Positions 52,053 to 64,000 of a DNA stretch of 64,000 bases are shown here, in pieces. The notes under the pieces were generated by a model. It worked only from the letters and a program-made list of their open reading frames with translations. It was not told the DNA's origin and did no database searches. The position numbers were made by a program, and so were the translations under genes. This DNA comes from Callorhinchus milii. Lineage: Eukaryota. The DNA is taken from contig NW_024704743.1 in assembly GCF_018977255.1 (NCBI RefSeq), forward strand, positions 87,422,001 to 87,486,000, read 5' to 3'. Position 1 is the stretch's first letter. Each line of letters starts with the position of its first letter.

Positions 52053-53299
52053 TATGGCAAGATATTTAAATATTTTTCCAAAACACATTGCTGCCTTTTA
52101 AAACTGGAATTTATGGCTCCTAAGTATTCCTATCTCACCACACCTTACATTTATGCATTTAAAAACTAAACCATATCGCAGTTATGAACAAAGGAGAAAG
52201 ATTGCACATTTGATAAAAGTCCAGCCTCCATGATCTTTGGAGTGTGATGTTTACTGTGATCAAGCCAACAAGTAACTTAAATAAGCTCAGGGAATCATTG
52301 TAAACTTCTTTTTCTCCTCGCCGTTCTCCCTTCCACTGCCATCCATAAAATCCAGGTCATACAAAACTCTGCCGCCCGCTTTCTCACCCACACCAAACTG
52401 CTCCCCAATTACCCCAGTCCTCACCAGACTGCGCTGGCTGCCTGACTCAGAGAGGATCGACTTCAAGATCTTCACCTCTGTTTTCAAATCCCTCCACTCC
52501 TCTGCACCCCCCCCCCCCCTCTCTCGCTGACCTCCTCTCTTCTCACAATAGTGCCCGTTGCCTTCATTCCATCAGGTCTGGCCTCCTCGTTGTCCCCCAA
52601 GTCCTCCACTCCACCAAGTTGTTGTTGAAACAGCAAAGCAAAACTCCCAATATCTTATTAACAAATTAAATATGCTGGTTCCATGCAGATAGAATTATAC
52701 ATAGTTTATGGAAGTAATGAGCCCAATAAATAGCCTATTCATGTATAATACTTGTGCTGTGAAAGGTGGGCGATGTTTAATTTTTGGCAAAATAAACAAT
52801 TGATAAACTGCATAGCGTAGGACATGGTTGTGTTGTGCTGAAAACCTGTAGTATCTGCATTCGGCTGGATTTGAAATACAATGGAAACTCACTATAAAGG
52901 TCAGTAAACAGACTGATTAATTTAGATTACATTAGTAAGTTGACAGTACAACATTGGAGACGTTACACTACATGAAAGGTGATATAAAAATGCAAGTAAT
53001 TGTTGACTTAACTGATGTTTGTATTACTGTACTACATAACGTTGAAATGAAGACTGCAAAAAACACATGACTATTAGTGAGTTGACCATATGAGTGAGTT
53101 GACCACATTAGCTCATTAACTTCACTAGTGTATGTATCACTGCACTATCTAATGTTGAAATATCATACAACCTAACATTTACATAGCTCCTTTCACATAG
53201 GGAGGAAGTCTCAAAGTGCTTGATTTGAAAAAGGCTGAAGAGAAAAAACAATGTTAGTGGGATGATCTTTAGGTCAGTTTCCACTAGAGTTTTGAAGGA

Positions 53300-53426
53300 T
53301 TTATTCAAAATAAGATGCAAGTTAAAAAGATACAAATTAAAAATGTAGTTTAATTGATTAAAAGGTGTTTTTGAAACCAACTTCCAACAATTCTCCAATG
53401 CATCTAACAGAGAAAAACTCTTTATT
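53300..53426 (-). terminator. Candidate ABRA poly(A) signals
   Basis: TTTATT (AATAAA on -) at 53421-53426 and 53300-53305, about 2.1 kb downstream of the ABRA stop. Confidence 0.4.
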
Positions 53427-54431
53427 TGTTCACAAGTACTGTGTGATGCCATTTTTGTTCGGTGTAAATGGTAAACTACAAACAAAACCTTACACTGTCG
53501 AACAAATACAATAGACAAATTGCTGATCCATATATTCTCCTGTTGTTCTGATATAAAAATAATTCTGGCTGTCAGACGGCGAGCTTTTGCTCATACTGTT
53601 CGTCACCAATACACCAGCAGATTATTGTTGTATGACCTGATTTATAGAACCCCACTTTTGTAAAAAGATCTCATCATAAGACCATAAGAAATGCTAGACG
53701 AAAAAAGACCAAGGTCCTTCTAGTTCGCCTTCCACCTTTCAATTTGAAAGAGTATTTTGGAAGTGCAGCAGTAAACTTCATAAATATGCAATAATGGATT
53801 ATAAACGTTGAGTCTGGAGTTCAAAACATTGTCATCATCTGACTCAGACCAAGCCATTGATGCTATTTGCAGAATATTCGATCATCTCGACTAAAGGTGA
53901 TATTCACTGAAAGAATTCTGTTTAAAGTAAATCTAGATTGCAAATGAAAAGCATTTGAAGCATTGAAGTGTGTATACTTTGCAGTGAGAACTATCACAGT
54001 GCTATTCTTTACTTATTTACATTCCCATCATGCTAGCTTTAACCCAGCAGTGAATTATCTAACCAAAACACAAACTTGAGCAGCATAGTTCCACATTGCA
54101 TTATTTCCTGAGTATTTGTGTTTGTGTAAATGCACTGGGACGTCCTCCTGACGTGAAAGGCGCTTTATAAATGGAATCTTGTTGTTGTTGTTGTTGTTGA
54201 CAGGGAGCATGCACTTAACCTGTATTGAATAACTGATATCAATTGTAATACCTTATAATACCCTGCTTATTCAAACATTTTTCATAGGTCTATAATTATC
54301 CACCCGCTGCTTCCGAATAAAAAAAGCGATGGATGTAAGTTATCATAAAGTTATTATAAATGTGAAAGTTTAATATTATGCTGCTAAGAGTTCAGAAAGC
54401 AGTTAATAAAACCAGACAAGAGGGTCCAATG

Positions 54432-54795
54432 TAATAATAATAATCCTTACATTTGATATACCGCCTTATCATGTCTTTGAGACGTCTCAAAGTGCTTCAG
54501 AGAATATACGGTAAAGTGAATTGACTGTATATTTTGCGGGTGAAACGTGGCAGTCAATTGTGCACAGCAGTGTCCCACAAACAGTCGTGGATTGAGTGAC
54601 CAATTTATTATTTTTTTTAAGGAATTATTCCTCCAGAAAAGCAATCTGCCAATTGACTAACAACTGGGTTCCTATCTACTGCTAGGTAAACAGAGGCGTG
54701 TGGAGTAAGGAAACTTGCCCAACATTTCATCCTGCCTGGGAATCCAACCCAAGTCTGTCGCTTGCAAGGTGAGTGCTCTATCCACTGAGCTACAG
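54432..54795 (-). mobile_element. SINE, long subfamily
   Basis: Reverse complement of the long type; head ends ...ccactgagctacag. Confidence 0.88.
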
Positions 54796-55501
54796 TAGTA
54801 TAGCAGACATATTGGAGAAGGGATATCACCTCGCAATGATACACTTAGTAGAGTTTAGTACAGGTAGTATGTGTTGTTCTATTTTGTTGATTCAAATTAT
54901 GGTGAACAAAGTAGAACTCTGGTTCAAAGTTAAATTACAGGCTTTGACTGGATCACTTATTAAACAAGCAACTGGTTTCTGCAAGAGGCATCACAGTGAC
55001 TCCAGAATAACAGCAGCACAAACCTTCAGTTTCTTGAAAAGCTCACAAAATCAATCCGAGCCTCCACTCTCTGTACATAAGACATTCAACAATGTTTTCA
55101 AACAATGTCTGTTACAATGATTTGTTTTTAACAAACATCTGAAGAATCTTTTAAAAATATATAAAAAGTTGACAGGATCAGCAGCATAGAAATAAACATT
55201 ATTAAACAAATAAACAATTCATGTAAAGTTTTTCACAGTGGGAGAATGTCTCAAAAGGCTTCACGCTGCTGGAAGGGCACTTGGGGTGGAGAGGGGGCGA
55301 GAGGAATGATGACCAAAAATGCGGCCAATATGGTACATTTTTGAGATGTGTCTTGAAAGAGGGGAGGGAGGGAGAAAAGTAAAGTACTAGTGACTAAATA
55401 TCCATGGACATTTTGACAGCCGACTCACCATTATTTTTTAAAAAAAAGTAAAGCTATAAGTGCTGGATCCATCAGTGACTCGATTCCTTTTCGTCCTTCC
55501 C

Positions 55502-56941
55502 TCACAGCTTCTCCAACAAAGTGATGATCACATCATCGTCCCTTCCCTGCCACAGCATCTCACCCTCAAAGTGCACGTATCCATGCTTCCTCGCCCGCAT
55601 TAAGATGCCCACCACTTTGTCCGAGATGCGGACATAGCGCTCGAAGAGCTCCCCGAAAGTTATGCGGACTCTGCTGTCCGCTCCTGGCTGGCCCATGCTC
55701 CTGATGATGAAGCACATGTCCATCACCTCCCGCCTGATGTGAGCCTCGGCTCTCTGGGCTCTCTCGGCTGTCTTGGTGCCTTCTTTTGGCCGCCCATAGC
55801 CCTGGTCGCCTTTCTGCAGGCGGGTGGCCATGGCTAACTCATGATCAAACTCCTCACTGAAAGGGTTGAGTTTCTGCTTGACCTGGTGGTGATCAGCCCA
55901 CTCCTGCCACTGGCTTTTCAGACTCGTCAGCGGGTTATACTTCTTTCTGGCCACCAGGTTTTTGTTCTTGCCAATCTCTTCCCTGAAGCTCAATAAGCCA
56001 CCAGCTCTCTTAATCCTGGGCAACACCTCATCCTCATCCCCATCCCCAGCCTCCTTCTCCCTTTTCCATGACTTGGTGCCTCTCTCCAGTCTCAGTGCAG
56101 CAGTCTGGCCTCCCTGCTCTGGGTCTATGTCTGGGCTGCTGATGCTCTGGGACTTGTCAATTGGGGTGGGTTGAGGCTCGTTTTCTTTCTCGATCTTCTT
56201 CCAGCTCCTGGTCAGCTCCACCACCAGGCTGGAGCAGTGGCGCCTCCTGCTGGGAGACCTGTGGTCTTGCAGAGACTGGGCTCCTGCAACCAACTCCAGC
56301 CCGTATTTGCTGCTCAAAGCGTTCACGTTGTCTCTGCCACATTCGTGCAACTTGGCGTCCACGCTTTTTGTCACGTCCTTGGTCTTGATCTTCACCCCAA
56401 GATCCTCAGCTTCCTCCAGATCTTTGCAAGTGGCCAGGAGGAGTGCTGGCCGCTGACCCTGATCCTTCAGGCTGTGCTCTATGAGGAGCTGCTGGCTTTT
56501 CTTCTTGTCCGGAGGCTGATTTTGCTGGTCATCCACAGATGGCTGCCACCCCACGGGGCCAGACGATTGGCGGTGTGTGTTATCGTTGGCCCATTGCTGC
56601 CAGCTTCTGGCCAGACTCCCGACCAGAGCCACACTCCTCAGCCTCCTGACAGCGCGCTTAGGCACTTCCCCACGCTTGGTGCTGTCCCAGGACATGGCTG
56701 TGGCTGGGGATCCGCTCTGGTGCATCAGAATTGCTTTTCCCTCCTCTTGCTTCTTGTGTTTTGATGTGGGGACAGACTGCCGTTCCCTGCAGTGTGAGCT
56801 GCCTTTTAAACAGTTGCTGGGACAGATAGTGTGTTGGTTGGAAACTATGCTCGGTATTGGGTTTCCAACTCGCCCTCTAATGTGACTGACTGAGTGGAGT
56901 TGGAGGTGAGAAAGGGCGTCAGGTTTCATTTCTGTCGCCAT
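55502..56941 (-). CDS. ABRA: Actin-binding Rho-activating protein (ABRA/STARS), single-exon ORF; likely real start at 56695 (397 aa)
   Basis: N-terminal LVGSLARSWQQWAN motif and C-terminal LNPFSEEFD...GYGRPKEGTKTAERA...ITFGELFERYVRISDKVVGILMRARKHGYVHFEGEMLWQGRDDDVIITLL (Costars domain). Convergent with OXR1, the known vertebrate arrangement. Confidence 0.95.
   Translation of the reverse strand: MATEMKPDALSHLQLHSVSHIRGRVGNPIPSIVSNQHTICPSNCLKGSSHCRERQSVPTSKHKKQEEGKAILMHQSGSPATAMSWDSTKRGEVPKRAVRRLRSVALVGSLARSWQQWANDNTHRQSSGPVGWQPSVDDQQNQPPDKKKSQQLLIEHSLKDQGQRPALLLATCKDLEEAEDLGVKIKTKDVTKSVDAKLHECGRDNVNALSSKYGLELVAGAQSLQDHRSPSRRRHCSSLVVELTRSWKKIEKENEPQPTPIDKSQSISSPDIDPEQGGQTAALRLERGTKSWKREKEAGDGDEDEVLPRIKRAGGLLSFREEIGKNKNLVARKKYNPLTSLKSQWQEWADHHQVKQKLNPFSEEFDHELAMATRLQKGDQGYGRPKEGTKTAERAQRAEAHIRREVMDMCFIIRSMGQPGADSRVRITFGELFERYVRISDKVVGILMRARKHGYVHFEGEMLWQGRDDDVIITLLEKL
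56775..56900 (-). promoter_or_regulatory. Candidate ABRA core promoter
   Basis: On the - strand an E-box CAACTG (56811-56816) abuts a TATA-like TTTAAAA (56804-56810), about 110 bp upstream of the Kozak-context ATG (acagccATG, 56695). Confidence 0.4.
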
Positions 56942-57018
56942 CTAAATGCCCTACATGCCATCTCTGGTAAACAAGATCTGACCAATGCAGACTCGACTTG
57001 ACTTGTGTCAAATGTATA

Positions 57019-57288
57019 ACGCCTCTGTTTACCTTGCTGTGATTAGGAATCTGGTAGTTAATCCATTGGTGGATTGCTCTCCAGGGGTAAAAATCCCTTC
57101 AAAAATAAATAAATAAATGATAATTTGGTCACCGTGACTGTTTGTGGGACACTGCTGTGCGAAATTGGCTGCCGCGTTTTACCCACAAAATACAGTCAAT
57201 TCACTTTACAGTGTATTCTGTGAAGCGCTTTGAGACGTCTGAACAACGTGATAAGGCGCTATATCAAATGCAAGGATTATTATTATTA
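57019..57288 (+). mobile_element. 5'-truncated long-subfamily SINE just upstream of ABRA
   Basis: acgcctctgtttacc...tgtgggacactgctgtgcg...(TTA)n. Confidence 0.85.
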
Positions 57289-58361
57289 CAACAACTTGCA
57301 TATACATAGCACCCTTCATGCTGGACGGCATCTCGGAGCGCTTGTTAATATTAATAAAATAAGACAAGGAACCAAGACTGGAATTTGTATGACAGTGTTG
57401 TCATTTGGCATCACTGGTGAAACTTGTAAGTTCATGGAAAATGCATGACCTCATCCAATCTGAACACGTGGAGAGAAGGCAGACAGATTGCCTTCATGTA
57501 AACAACAAGTTGCATTTATATTACACCCTTCATATAGGATAACAGTTTGTACGGCAACTTCAGAACAATAATAACCTTCAGAACAATAATAATCAAATAA
57601 CCTTCTCTCCTAAGCAGGTATTTACATAGTCTATGAAAAGACTGTAAGGGTTTGTGAACAAACACTAATTTTCACATCCATCTCCGTATTTAGTCAATGT
57701 GAAGCTCGGAAATTGAAAATCAAAGCAGAGAATCTCCATTGTGTTCATCAAGAGCGTCCAACACCCTCTCATACCTTTCAAAAAGAAGTTTCCTGAAGTT
57801 CCTTCAGGCTGGTGTTCAGGCTCCTGAGGCAGCCCTGAAGGCTTTTCTCGGAGCAAATCAAAGGCATGTTGATCAAGCCCTCCTTCTCACTTGGCTCATT
57901 TTTCACATTTTATGACTGTCGCATTCTGTATTGACAGCAATTGGTGGGGAGATGATTACATAGAAATAATAGTCAGGATTTATAAATACATGTAAGGCTG
58001 TCTCAGCCGTGCACAAATAGGGGACGGAGCAAGTGATAATTTATTAACTCCTAAAGCTCAAGCCTTGTTAGTAGGTTGCGTTAAATATGCATAGAGATCA
58101 TTTAAAAGTAAACGAGAGACCCCATCATCCGTAAAAGTTGTCATCCCTACTCTGGCATTCCGTAGGTAATAACATTGCATTAGAGACCATTGAGCCCCAA
58201 GGAGTTCTCACTTTACTTCTCTCTCTCTTCACCCTACCCTTCCATACATACCCAGCATCCATACACACATTGGTAAAAGAATGTCATCATGCTCATTAAA
58301 ATGGAAGTTTTTGCAACAACATTCATTTACAGAGTGCCCTTCACATAGGATAACCTCTTGG

Positions 58362-58860
58362 AACAACAACAATAAATTTCTATAGCGCCTTTTACGTTGG
58401 GAGGACGTCCCAAGACCCCTCACACACAGGGTAGCATCCCAGAACACTTGAAATTGGCGGAGCACAACACCTAGCCGGGGGGAGGGGCAGGTGACTGTAG
58501 GCACTGTCGAAGAGGAAGGTCTTCAGGCCCGATCTGAAGATGGGGAAGGAAGGGGCAAGGTGGAGGGATAGAGGAAGAGTGATCCAGAGTTTCGAGGCAT
58601 AGTGGCTGAAAGCGTGGCCTCCGATGGTGGAACAGAGAGCACGGGGGACATGCAGGAGGCCAGAGTCAGTCGAACAGAGGCAACTGATAGTGGGTTGGGG
58701 AGTAAGCAGGTCAGAGAGGTAGGGAGGTGCCAGGGCATGAAGGGATTTGAAAATGAGTGTGAGGATCTTGAAATCGATCTGATTAGCCATTGGGAGCTAG
58801 TGGAACCGGGCTAGAACTGGTGTGATGGGAGTACAGAGTCTAGTGCAGGGTGAGTATGTG
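58362..58860 (-). mobile_element. L2 3' fragment
   Basis: IDFKILTLIFKSLHALAPPYLSDLL...KTFLFD plus tail. Confidence 0.88.
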
Positions 58861-59303
58861 GGCAGGAGTATGTGAGTTTTGGATCAGGTTAATCTGAGCG
58901 CTTCATAATGACTGGGTTGAAGATCGAGCCAAAGGAGAGAGGGAAGGGGAGATCACCACAGGCATGAATGGAGGTAGGCTTTTAGATGGGATATAAAGAT
59001 AAAGAGGGGATGAGATGAAGGGTTAGAAGGAGAAATTGAAAGGGCAGTGTGTAATGTTAATGTGTTGCTCAGTTTCTCTTTCCCCCCTGGTTTAAATGCG
59101 CATAATCACAATAAAGATATCCTATTCTTTACTGTGGCATGTCTGCACAGATTATTGTTTCATGTTGTTTCATTTTTTGCAAAACATTATTGACTTAAAC
59201 AATACAACAACAAATTACATTTGTAACAGCGCCTTTTACGTCATGAGGACTATTTTAGGAAAAATACAATTCAAAGATCCGATGTGAAGAGCTCCACATA
59301 AAG

Positions 59304-59627
59304 TGGAGTCCTGTAGCTCAGTGGGTAGAGCACTCGCCTTGCAAGCGAGACACCTGGGTTCAATTCCAGGCAAGGTGAAACTTTGGGCAAATTTCCTTAC
59401 TCCACACTCCTAATAATAATCCCTCCAAAAAACAAACAAAAAAATAAATTGGTCATTTTCAATCCACGACTGTTTGTGGAACATTGCTGTGCGCAATTGG
59501 CTGCCGCGTTTCGTCCACAAATATACGGTCAATTCACTTTACAGCATATTCTGTGAAGCGTTTTGAGACGTCGAGAAGACGTGAAAAGTGCTACATCAAA
59601 TGCAAGGATTATTATTATATTATTATT
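59304..59627 (+). mobile_element. Full-length SINE, short subfamily
   Basis: Matches the 1007 copy. Confidence 0.9.
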
Positions 59628-59864
59628 AAATGTCCAATGCACACTTTATTTAGGAAAAATACATTGTTGTAAACATCATGGGGGGGTATTCTCCTTTGTG
59701 GGTAAATGTATTGACTTTTTACACAAAGTGCTTATTATTTTCTGCTTGACAACAACTGTATTGATGCTTACAAGGGGAACGTGCACTTTACAGTGTAGTT
59801 TTTAGTACATTTACTGACCTTTGTTGCTGCTTATTATGGTATTTTACAGATACTGCCAAAAGTT

Positions 59865-60068
59865 TCTCAATATATTGACATACTAAATATATTGACAAAT
59901 TATATTGTCAATATATTGACAAATTATATTGTCAATATATTGACAAATTATTGCAAAAGGGATTAAAGGATATGGGGATAAGGCAATGTTATGGTATTAA
60001 CTGAAGTTAGATTAGAAGATCAGCCATGAAGGGCCAAATGGGCTACTCCTGCTCGTACATGTTATGTT
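59865..60068 (+). repeat. 24-bp tandem palindromic repeat fused to a CR1 3' fragment
   Basis: ttgtcaatatattgacaa at 59905-59922 and 59929-59946, followed by gggattaaaggatatggggata...gatcagccatga...ctactcctgct, as in the CR1 end at 12328-12440. Confidence 0.8.
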
Positions 60069-62499
60069 AAAAGATAAAATGTGCTAAAAAGAGAGTAAGA
60101 ATAATTATACATATATTTAGACAACCTTGGAATTTATTTTGATCAGATTTAGAAGAGGATCTATTATTATAAACTCACAACTTTGAGCAATGACTGAGCA
60201 ATATGGCCTGTACATTAAAACTCATATAAGTCTGATCTGTACAAATTGTAAAATCACCTAAGTCATACATCTGCCCAATTCCCTTTCAAGAGTTTATTTT
60301 CCATACAAGTTTGACATAACTCATTCTTTGCAAAAGTCAGAATGTATGGTGCCAACTGATACCACTTATGTGAGGTTTACTGTAAGGAAATGTTCTTTTT
60401 TTATACTGTAGTGCACTGTAATGAAACAATAATAATGAATGAATTAAAAAGCCACATATCCTTCAGGAATTTGACCATGGATTATTTTGATACAAGATGA
60501 AGTTGAGTCCCAAAATAGTTTTCTTACACTGAACAATATATATGTGCACAAGACCATACAGGTCATCCCATTTTCTAACGCACTATTGCTCGCTAACTTT
60601 CATACGCCCCAATTACCACTGCCATAATCTTTCAATTCATTCGATTGATACTTGGTAAGTAAGGATATTAGGGGAAATGGAGAAAAGGCAAGGAAATGGA
60701 ATGAACAAATTGTCATTAGATTAAATAGCAGAGCAATTTGTACGGTCGAATGCCCTCCTCCTAGTCTCATCCTCCTATTATTGCCATTTAATTCCATTAA
60801 ACAAACCCAATCAAAGATTCGAATGTGATGTTCTCAATGGGAATAATGTTTGTTACACCATCTTATCCAACTTTCATCATTTGCACTGATCTCATTGTGA
60901 TCGATTTGGATTCTAAATTTAATGGAGACCTGAATTCAGCGATTAAAATGTCAAAATAGTTTAAAATAATCTTGATTCACATCAGCATTGAGGGCTGTGC
61001 TGCAACTCCATTTTATTTATGTCTCTTAGTTATTGATCAAACACAATGCAAATAAATTGCCTTGTATATACAATATGTAAGCAGCACTTACTAACTACAG
61101 TATGTAGCTCACAAGTACAGCTTTGTCTGTATGATAAATATAAAGATGGCAGTAATTTATGGCAGTTGATAGTAAATTATGCTAAATTATCATTTTAACA
61201 ACCACTGATGAGATATTTGATGATTGTTGCCATGTGATTTGCAGCACATATGAATAAATTGTGTAGTGTTGCTTCTATATAGATTACAGGAATACTATAT
61301 TTCCCGTAGAAGAAACCGCATGAATTATTTCAGCAATGTTTTGTATATATATACACTTTCAAAAAAGGTAAGCTTGAATATTCCAATAAAATTCATATTA
61401 GTCTTTTTTTTAAATTCTGGGCTATAAACTAACCCAATGAAAGCAAATTAAAAAGTTTACAGTTAGAAGCATTTTGACTTGATTCAGAACCTACTACCTT
61501 CCAAATGTATCATTCTTGCTTACAAATGTAATCCTACCGAATATTCACATTTTAGCCAATGTGTATGATTACATTGGTTTAGTAGTACATGGTACAATGT
61601 AAAGCAACACATTGTAGGGAGTGCTGATTATTAACGATTGCCAGTAAATGTGCAGTATCCTTACTCACTCAGGGCAATCTCATAGTATAATTTTATAAAA
61701 TGAACTCAGACAACCACCATCCAAAAAGTGAGTCATTTTTAAATCCATTTTATTTATGGCAAATGGAATTATAGTGTAATAAAATGTGCCTGGCCTGACA
61801 TTGCATATCTGACATAGGGAATGGAATCCTTTAGGAAGGGGGGGGGTCCATCTTTTCTATGACTATATGAAAGCATTATTAGGATATGACATTCACATGC
61901 CTGAATAAACCTTAAACATTCTAATTATGAAAGGATCTCATCACAGTGCACATTAAAACCTCCTGTCACATTCAGCACCTGTGTTTTATTTCAGAGAAGT
62001 ATTTTTGGATTATGCAGCTTTATCCAGGGCCCTGGGACAGAGAGCCTGTGAAACCTTTAATAGAGAACACCATCAAATCATGTACACACACAATCAATTT
62101 TACTTCAAGTACTAATAAATGTGTTTCACTTACAATTAGTTTCCTCATTTAATCTTCCCCCTCCCACCTCCTTCTTTCAAAGCTTGCAATTTCCAACTGT
62201 AACTAGTTATTTTTATGTTTAGCTGCAGTGCAGTCTAATGGACTGAAGTCATTTGATCGTGTGTGAAGTGTGTTCAAAGGAGCCAAATGCCTTCATCAGG
62301 GAAAGCAGGGAGAAAATTGGCAGGGAAAGAAAATTAGAATACTTTTAACGATCGTCTCACACACTTTGAGCCTAGCCAGACTGATCCATCGAATCGAATG
62401 AAATGTTTTCTTCTTCAGACACAGACATGGTGCCCTCTCCTCCCAGCTCAGCCATGGTCCTGTCCTTGCATGATTCAAATCTTACCTTTTGCACCATCT

Positions 62500-63605
62500 C
62501 CACTTTGTCTCCACGATTGGCTTCTCCTCCAGCAGACCATCTCGTGCGGCGTTCCTCAGGGCTCTGTCCTAGGTCCCTTCCTCTTCAATATCTATATGCT
62601 CCCTCTTGGTGACATTATATGTAGACATGGGGTGAACTTCCACATATATGTGGATGACACCCAACTCTATCTCTTTGCCTCTACCTTTGACTCCAGGACC
62701 TCTGCTGTCCTGACAGAATGTCTGTCAGACATCAAGTACTGGATGAGAGCTAACTTTCTCCTGTTGAATGTCAACAAGACCAAGACCCTACTGATTGGCT
62801 CCCATCAGCACCTCCACACCTCAGGCACTAACAGCATCAATCCATGGTTGCACACTGCACCTCACTAAGCCAGTCTGGAACTTTGGTGTCTTATTTGACG
62901 CTTAACTGTCCTTTCTACCCCACATCTGTGCCATGACCTGCTCTGCCTTTCTCCACCTCCGCAACATCGCCCGGCTCCGCTATAGCTTCTCTCCTTAGGC
63001 CGCCGAAACACTCATTCACACATTTATTACAACCAGGCTCGACAACCCTAACTTCCTGCTTGTTGGCCTTCCAAACGCTTCCTTCCACAAGCTGCAGATC
63101 ATTCAGAGCTCTGCAACTCGTGTCCTCTCCCGCACCAGGCTCCGTGACCCTATCACCCCCACCCTCGCCCGGTTCCAGTGGCTCCACTTCCAAAGGATAG
63201 AGTTTAAAATTCCAGCCCTCACCTTCAAAGTTCTCCCCGGCCTTGCCTCTCCCTACCTCTGTGACCTGCAAACGCCATATTGACCTGTCCGCTCCCTCTG
63301 CTCAACGGGCTCTGGCCTGCTCCACTTCTCCCACCTGGTCTGCCCCGCTATCAGCATTGGGCCTTCAGCTCTCTGCCCGACCCTTTGGAACTCCTTCCCA
63401 CAGTCCCTTTGCCTCGCTCCGTTCCTTGCCTCCTTCAAGGCCTGTCTGAAGGCCCTCGCCTTCGATCACGCCTCTGTCATTTTCCTACCTCTTTCCTCCC
63501 TGTGCTCCACCACTCACGATCATAACCCCCCGCTCGGGTCCAAATCCCTGACTGTCCAGCGCCTTGGGACGTCCTCCTGACATAAAAGTGGCTTTATAAA
63601 TGTAA
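62500..63605 (+). mobile_element. 5'-truncated L2 LINE (about 1.1 kb)
   Basis: [24 protein letters not shown]...[12 protein letters not shown] motifs and 3' tail gtccagcgccttgggacgtcctcctgac. Confidence 0.92.
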
Positions 63606-64000
63606 TAGAGTCATTGCACATTACAGTAAATCCTGTGAAGCACTTTGAGATGCTCTTCCGATATGAAAGGTGCTGTATCAAATGCAAGGATTATTAAGTT
63701 TCCCGGAGTGACACAAAATCTCATGGCCCTGAGCTAATTGGAGAGTGCACAATAACTGAAATGTCACATATTTGGATTCTATAAACTAGTCAATCACAGC
63801 ACTAGAGATTTTAAATAATCCTTCTATTTCCAATTGTTAATTAACTAGCACTCAAACTTTAATCAGATGCAACATTTGAAAGTCATTTTTCCAAATAAAT
63901 AATGGTATTTCACTTTATAGCTCTTTGTGAGACTTTGCTATGCATAAATTGGCTGCTGCATTCCCCCACAAAACGCGTACTCTACAGTCTTGAGATGGCC

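Noticed and set aside
57775..57900. Upstream coding exon of ABRA (- strand, donor AAG|gtatga near 57775)
   Set aside because: The ATG-initiated frames stop before the donor and the open frame has no ATG; I found no in-frame join to the ABRA ORF. A non-coding exon cannot be excluded.
59865..59950. CRISPR-like repeat array
   Set aside because: The context is eukaryotic, the spacers are identical 6-bp sequences, there are only 2-3 units, and no cas genes are present.

Overview
This is vertebrate genomic DNA, probably from a cartilaginous fish. The repeat content (Deu-domain tRNA SINEs, L2 and CR1 LINEs) suggests a chimaera/holocephalan, but that is an inference. The + strand carries the 3' part of OXR1 as eight GT-AG coding exons that join in frame from 728 to the stop at 46998, ending in the TLDc domain. 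A CpG-island internal promoter with an alternative first exon (30705-30779) gives the short TLDc-only isoform, and the 3' UTR runs to about 48755. The - strand carries ABRA/STARS (55502 to 56695 or 56941), tail-to-tail with OXR1 as in other vertebrates, but here as one uninterrupted ORF. The rest is intron/intergenic DNA with about 20 SINE copies or fragments, many truncated L2 and CR1 copies, and about 5 kb of simple repeats flanking the internal promoter. I see no clear new multi-gene system. The best leads are: intronless ABRA; a candidate NCOA7-AS-like OXR1 exon; neural-type splicing motifs and candidate micro/poison exons; a SINE-L2 pair sharing a 3' stem-loop; and two independent insertions at the same site of the SINE tail. 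Repeat boundaries are approximate; exon boundaries were read by hand.
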